DNA from: Eledone cirrhosa
Taxonomy: Eukaryota
DNA: 64,000 nt
Assembly: GCA_964016885.1 (NCBI GenBank)
Contig: OZ024742.1
Span: 86,056,001-86,120,000 of the forward strand
Reading direction: 5' to 3'
Each line of letters begins with the position of its first letter. Positions within the stretch are counted from its first letter, which is position 1. The notes under the pieces are model-generated. The model was not told the origin of the DNA and searched no databases. It was given only the letters and a program-made list of their open reading frames with translations. Position numbers and translations under genes: made by a program. Positions 55,516 through 64,000 of the stretch are shown one piece after another.

Positions 55516-55560
55516 AGTCACTGAAGAGGTCACAGAGTGTGTGACGAAAGAACTATGACT
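55516..55560 (+). ncRNA. Minimal hammerhead ribozyme, 5' pLTR
   Basis: agtca-CTGAAGA-g-gtcac..gtgac-GAAA-gaac-TA-tgact. Confidence 0.85.
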
Positions 55561-55693
55561 ATATATATATAAACAACTATCTGGTTGTGGAACCAACCAA
55601 CCAACCAGAAATTTATAAATTTGTAAATTTATAAATATATAATAAATTAAATTGAAGTGAAAGCAACTGGTGCGTGTGTTTCTTATTGGCAAC

Positions 55694-56316
55694 ATGACCC
55701 TCCCAAAGTATAACAATATCGGTTTCAACACACAATTTCAGATAAAGAATCTTGCTAAACAAATTCAGAAACGAAATATCGTAAGCCTTAGCCAGGCTAA
55801 CAAGATACTGAAAACCACCATGTTCTGTTGTCTACGAAAACCCATAACATCTTGACAATTACACTTCATAAAACTGTGCTCCACTTCTAGAATCTACACC
55901 AACACCATCAATACCGACGTTAGAAGATTACAACTCACCAAAAAACAAGCAGATAGGCTAAAACGAACTTTAATTCTAAACATAAAAAAGAAGATCTATA
56001 GAGAATTAAGTCATCAAGAAAAACTAAAGCGCAACCTAATAGATGAAATATCTAAAATCACCACACCAGCAGAAAAACTAACATTTATAAGCCTTATACG
56101 CCCCGAAGAACAGTACATTACTCAAGAATGTAATAAGCACTTTAACAGAAAATTAAAGTGGCTTAAACAGGCAAAGCTAAATCGGGATACTATAGAGTAT
56201 ACCAATAGATATCCCGACAAAATTGACGGTATCAACATGGCCGACACCTCATTATCTGAAGAGTTCAACAATGAAAATACAACATTTATGGAAACACGGA
56301 AATAGATAATAATGAA
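55694..56316 (+). pseudogene. N-terminal part of the PLE ORF (one in-frame TGA, one frameshift)
   Basis: ATG at 55694 gives [11 protein letters not shown].... TGA at 55853-55855 is followed by about 140 open codons (QLHFIKLC...NRKLKWL). A 1-nt shift near 56275 joins IYGNTEIDNNEMSVLRLPPKF. Confidence 0.75.
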
Positions 56317-59300
56317 ATGTCTGTGTTACGTCTGCCACCCAAATTTGCGACATTCAAGAAGGTAAATATGATTAGTTGTCTGTCAGAAATAGAAAAATTA
56401 TTTACGAAACTACGCTGGAGCATCAAAACCAAAAACAAAAGCAACAATATACGCACACACATATACAACACACATCCCAACAACAACAGACACACAGACA
56501 CAAACAACAATAACAACAACAATAGCAACATACCCAGATACAACAACAACAATAGCAACATACCCAGATACAACAGACACGCAGACACAAACAACAATAA
56601 CAACACACACGGAGACAACAATAACAACAACACACACATCAACAACAATAGCAACATACCCAGATACAACAACAACAGACACGCAAACACAAACAACAAT
56701 AACAATACACACAACAACGATAACACACACACACACGGAGACAACAACAACACACATCAACAACAACACACATCAACAACAACAACACACACGCATTCAA
56801 TGCCTCTCACCACCACCACAATCTTAACAAACACACAGACACAGAAAACAAGTAATGACAGTAGCACAGAAATCAGAGAAATAAGAGAAAGTAATAGGAT
56901 TAAAAGGAAAAGGAGATGGGAGACTAAGGACAAAGAGAATAACCAAGACGAACCCACAGACACACAAAATAGGGTAGATAACAACATTGAGCCAGTGGAA
57001 AGAGACAGGAGTAATTATGAGAGACATAGAAACAACCATGAAGCTGAGGCTGCTGCTGTTGGTGGAAATAGAAACAACACAACTAACAATAACAATAGCA
57101 CTAGTACACATAAAGCAGCAGCCTGGAACTCTCCGTTTTATAACCCCTCCGATAAATCATTCGACCTACGACGAGTCCACGCCACGACTTTGCCATTTAA
57201 CAAACGCACGCAGTTGCCGTCGCAGGTTGATGAACAAACAGAAGCACAATTTAGTATAGCTAAATCCGAACTTAGAAATATTATAGAACAGTATAGCAAG
57301 AAGCATAATAGAATAGAGGCCCAGCAACTGGGAGAAGAATCTGCAAATGGCTTGCGTAAGCTCATGCAGCGCTCGCGTAATGGAGAGATAGCATGCTTTC
57401 CAACAGACAAGTCTGGCAGAATGTCGGTTGACAGCCTGCCAAACTACATCCAGGCAATGCAACCCCACATCACTAACACAAGAGAGGTAACACCACAGGA
57501 GCATGAGGATAGAGAAAAAACCCTCAATGCCCATATGGTGATGTGGACAAATATAATGCAGCCCAACAAAAGGACTGCCAACAACTTCCAGGCCTGGAAC
57601 AATGACATGCCGGCGTTGTATGGGCTTCGAAAAGACCATAAAACGGGCTGGGACCCTGTCGCGGGACCACCAACACGGCCAGTCTGTGGGGCTAACATTG
57701 CTAGTAACTACAGACTGTCCTACTTCCTCTACCTGATCATACGCCCCATCATTGAGATGTCCCCAGATGTGTGTGACAGCACGGAGGACCTCCTCAGCAG
57801 AATCGGCGCGGGTAACCGATCTGGGGACCTAACAAACTGCATAATAGGCAGTAGGGATGTTGTGTCCCTGTATCCATCTATTGACGTGGATTTTGCTGTG
57901 GAGAAATGCGTCGAAATGATCAGCGAGAGCAAGGTTGAGTTCCGTGGGATTGATACCAGTGAGCTGGGACTTCTACTTAAGCTTACCCATAGTAATAGTT
58001 ACCTAGACACTTACGACCTTAGCAACCTGTGCCCTACAAGACCAGCAAGAGGCAGACCACCTACCATTACCTCAATGGCCAAGAAAACGCACACAGATAG
58101 ATGGAACGGGTGGACCAGAGCCATACGGACACCCGAAAACCACGATGAACTGAAGAAAATGATTGCACATGCGGTAGGGGCCAGCATAAAATTAACCCTT
58201 AAGGAACATATGTTCAAATTTAATGGTAAAACATATGCCCAAGAGGAAGGAGCAGCCATTGGTGTTAGCATTGCAGGCGACATAGCTAACTTATTCATGG
58301 TATGGTGGGACAGTAGACTTAAACAAAAACTTAATGAACAATTAGAAGACAGCTTAACCCTGATAATGTACTCCCGCTACGTAGATGATATAAACATCGT
58401 AGTTAAGACACCCCCACTAAAGAACAGTCAGGAACCAGAGAAAAACACAATGGAAAGCATCCAGCAAATAGCAAACTCCATCCACCAGAGCATTAGAGTT
58501 ACTATAGACTACCCAAGTAGACACCCCAACCATCGATTACCTGTACTAGACACAGAGCTCTGGTTAGATACTATTAACAACCAAAAACAAATCCTCCATT
58601 CCCATTATGCCAAACCCATGACTTCCAAACATCTGATCCACCGAAACTCGGCCATTTCGGACCATACCAAAATCAACATACTGATTGCGGATTTGGTACG
58701 GGTGATGAGAAATGTGTCCCGCATGTGCAACCCCGAAGAACTAGAGAGACACATACAACACTTCATCCACCGTATGCAGTTCTCTGGCTACAATCAGAGA
58801 GATAGAATCAGAGTGTATAAAGGAGCCAGAACCAAATGGGAAAAAATGGTAAATAATGACATAAATGGGACCTGCCCCTTGTATAGGAGCAAATTTTGGA
58901 ATAGAATAGAAAGAACTAAGAACAAGGCCAATAGAATAAACTCATGGTATGATAGCAATAAATACCAGAGTGTAATGTTCATCAATACAACCCCTAGAGT
59001 CGAACCAGCCTACAAATTTAGAAGGGCCCTAAAGAAACATAATCTCAATATTAAGATAGTAGAAAGACCTGGTACCTCCGTAAAAACACTTATTAGCAAG
59101 ACATACCCGTTCCAAAGACCCTCATGTATAGATAAGAAATGTATAACCTGTAAAATAAGCCCCCATATCAACTGTAAAACTAGAAATGTAGTATATAGCA
59201 TAAGATGTACTGAAGGACAATGTAGAAACAAAAATATAGTGTACATAGGTGAGACAGCTCGTAGTATAGGGGAACGAATAAATGAACACTGGCGAGACCT

Positions 59301-59508
59301 CCAAGATAGTAAAGAATCATCTGTGCTCTACCAACATGCTAAGATAGAACACAGGGGTAAATTAGAGAGCATAGAAATAAAAATAGAATCCACACACAAG
59401 AAAGACGCAATGTTTAGGCAAATTACAGAGGCAGTAAGCATAAAAGAATTAAAACCAAAATTAAATAGAAAATATGAGTGGAACAGCAACATCACAACTT
59501 ACAATTAA
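56317..59508 (+). CDS. PLE reverse transcriptase + C-terminal GIY-YIG endonuclease (1063 aa open)
   Basis: PTDKSG, LYGLRKDHK, TRPVC, DVVSLYPSI, RYVDD, CITC, VVYSIRC..YIGETAR, EH..H, EA..PKLN. Confidence 0.93.
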   Translation: MSVLRLPPKFATFKKVNMISCLSEIEKLFTKLRWSIKTKNKSNNIRTHIYNTHPNNNRHTDTNNNNNNNSNIPRYNNNNSNIPRYNRHADTNNNNNTHGDNNNNNTHINNNSNIPRYNNNRHANTNNNNNTHNNDNTHTHGDNNNTHQQQHTSTTTTHTHSMPLTTTTILTNTQTQKTSNDSSTEIREIRESNRIKRKRRWETKDKENNQDEPTDTQNRVDNNIEPVERDRSNYERHRNNHEAEAAAVGGNRNNTTNNNNSTSTHKAAAWNSPFYNPSDKSFDLRRVHATTLPFNKRTQLPSQVDEQTEAQFSIAKSELRNIIEQYSKKHNRIEAQQLGEESANGLRKLMQRSRNGEIACFPTDKSGRMSVDSLPNYIQAMQPHITNTREVTPQEHEDREKTLNAHMVMWTNIMQPNKRTANNFQAWNNDMPALYGLRKDHKTGWDPVAGPPTRPVCGANIASNYRLSYFLYLIIRPIIEMSPDVCDSTEDLLSRIGAGNRSGDLTNCIIGSRDVVSLYPSIDVDFAVEKCVEMISESKVEFRGIDTSELGLLLKLTHSNSYLDTYDLSNLCPTRPARGRPPTITSMAKKTHTDRWNGWTRAIRTPENHDELKKMIAHAVGASIKLTLKEHMFKFNGKTYAQEEGAAIGVSIAGDIANLFMVWWDSRLKQKLNEQLEDSLTLIMYSRYVDDINIVVKTPPLKNSQEPEKNTMESIQQIANSIHQSIRVTIDYPSRHPNHRLPVLDTELWLDTINNQKQILHSHYAKPMTSKHLIHRNSAISDHTKINILIADLVRVMRNVSRMCNPEELERHIQHFIHRMQFSGYNQRDRIRVYKGARTKWEKMVNNDINGTCPLYRSKFWNRIERTKNKANRINSWYDSNKYQSVMFINTTPRVEPAYKFRRALKKHNLNIKIVERPGTSVKTLISKTYPFQRPSCIDKKCITCKISPHINCKTRNVVYSIRCTEGQCRNKNIVYIGETARSIGERINEHWRDLQDSKESSVLYQHAKIEHRGKLESIEIKIESTHKKDAMFRQITEAVSIKELKPKLNRKYEWNSNITTYN

Positions 59509-59805
59509 GGACAAAATGAAAACACACACACACATAGAACAAACAAATTACAATTGAAAACACACACAAAATGAAAACACACACAAGACAAAATGAAAAC
59601 ACACACACACATAGAACAAACAACCAACCAACAATAAATAAATAAATAAACAAACAAATATAAATAGAAAAATAGAAAAATGAACACAAACACACACAGA
59701 CACCCGGATGTGGCGCATGCGCAAACTGAGCACGCAACCCACACACAAACAAAATGGCGTAGGATAGAAGAAAGGAAAGGCACAGAAACGAAGAAAGAAA
59801 TCCCC

Positions 59806-59850
59806 AGTCACTGAAGAGGTCACAGAGTGTGTGACGAAAGAACTATGACT
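59806..59850 (+). ncRNA. Minimal hammerhead ribozyme, 3' pLTR
   Basis: Identical to 55516-55560. Confidence 0.85.
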
Positions 59851-60001
59851 ATATATATATAAACAACTATCTGGTTGTGGAACCAACCGACCAACCAGAA
59901 ATTTATAAATTTGTAAATTTATAAATATATAATAAGTTAAATTGAAGTGAAAGCAACTGGTGCGTGTGTTTCTTATTGGCAACATGACCCTCCCAAAGTA
60001 T

Positions 60002-60069
<68 letters not shown>

Positions 60070-60079
60070 TTATTCAAAG

Positions 60080-62709
<2,630 letters not shown>

Positions 62710-63538
62710 TGGAATTACAGAATCTAACAACGTGAGCTCGCCGTAAATACTTTTCTTTCAGTAAATGACCACTTTGCACCTTACATTGAACGTCCTTAAT
62801 TAGTTGTCCTCCCGCTTGCAGTACCGCATACTATCAATATACATATATATATATATTCTCACTAAATATCGCAGTGAAAACATAAATAATCAAATGTTTC
62901 ATATATTTGAATTGGTCATGTAAGGCAAATATCTTAACGTAGCCATGTGCATTTTGTTCTCCTCCGTTCTGTTGAATTCTGCAAAAGCTTTGAAGTATTA
63001 ATCTTTGGTTATCAACATTTCAAATCATTGTAAAATATTTCTGCTTCATCAAATATTGATGTTGTGGTTTATGCTTCAAACATAATACACACATTATTAT
63101 AATAGAGTAAACATAATGTCGAATGTACGAGATTTTTCGGTTCAGCTTTTGGGACAGGAAAAAACATGTTGCCACATTTAACGCATTTAAATTAGTTTTA
63201 ATGTAATTACTTTGCAATATTCGAAAATAATTCCCGTTTAGTTAGTAGTAATTCCATTAAAGTTGTTATGAGTAAGAGCAGGAAGCTCCGTTGCAATATA
63301 TATGGGGAAACTTCAGAACGTTCTCTTCTCAAGAGTAGATAAGGAACCAGAGGCCAACTTCAAGAACCGAAAAGGAACAATAATAAATCCAACAAAGAAC
63401 AAAGACAAGAGCACCACCAAATATGGAAAAAGCAGCTATATCGACAACATTTATACAGGATGACCAACTGCTGGAGCAACTGACACATATGCAGCAGTAG
63501 CAGCTGGAGAAAGAAAAACAAAACAAAATACGACAAAA

Positions 63539-63726
63539 TTATTGTTTCTACTTTTGGCACAAGGCCAGCAATATGCAGTGAATTACTGGTCTTTATTTAA
63601 TCGACCTCGTAGGGATGAAAGGCAAAGATAAACTTGGCGAGATTTGAACTCAGAATGGCAAAGGCCGTAACTCCATGTGTCAAAGCATGGTGTCCGATCC
63701 TCTACAGGAACTGCCAATCCACCGCC
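63539..63726 (-). mobile_element. tRNA-derived SINE (diverged)
   Basis: Same family. B-box gagttcaaatct. Confidence 0.75.
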
Positions 63727-63810
63727 AAAACACCACATGAATTATATTATAATTCATAATCTATAACGACGGATGTGTAATACCAACGAGGATCTGACTC
63801 CCTCTCTCTC

Positions 63811-63925
<115 letters not shown>

Positions 63926-64000
63926 GCTGGGTGTGTGTATGTGTGTATGTGTGTATGTGTGTATATCCTCATAATAGTATTTATACGTATATATAATAAC

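Larger units (their letters stand above)
55251..60008 (+). mobile_element. Full-length Penelope-like element with ~470-bp pLTRs inserted in (TA)n
   Basis: Direct repeats 55251-55719 and about 59540-60008, each with an HHR. Confidence 0.95.

Noticed and set aside
55853-55855. In-frame TGA as selenocysteine (as in some Naiad PLEs)
   Set aside because: It is a single TGA in a copy that also has a frameshift. The endonuclease is C-terminal (not Naiad), and no SECIS was recognised. A point mutation is simpler. The same applies to the TGAs in the 15.4-17.4 kb ORF.

Overview
A 64-kb, AT-rich, animal genomic window made almost entirely of repeats and full of (TA)n microsatellites. A tRNA-derived SINE resembles, from memory, octopod cephalopod SINEs; that assignment is an inference. 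No host gene is confidently present. There is one weak three-exon candidate at 25.4-26.5 kb. Mobile elements: two R4/Dong-type RLE non-LTR retrotransposons, two CR1-group LINE copies, RTE fragments, at least four Penelope-like element (PLE; RT plus C-terminal GIY-YIG) families including a 4.5-kb head-to-head palindrome, SINEs, mariner and hAT MITEs, and a Helitron-like end. The main hidden signal is non-coding. Reading both strands by eye gives about 29 intact or decayed type-I hammerhead ribozyme (HHR) motifs from about 12 sequence families. Several sit in ORF-less, tandem or terminally redundant units (482, 594 and 848 bp) embedded in (TA)n, which is the layout of retrozymes or circular-RNA retroelements. 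Three unrelated families carry a compensatory U3-A8 catalytic core (UUGANAA instead of CUGANGA) that standard motif searches would miss. All folds were assigned by manual base-pairing; none were computed or tested.
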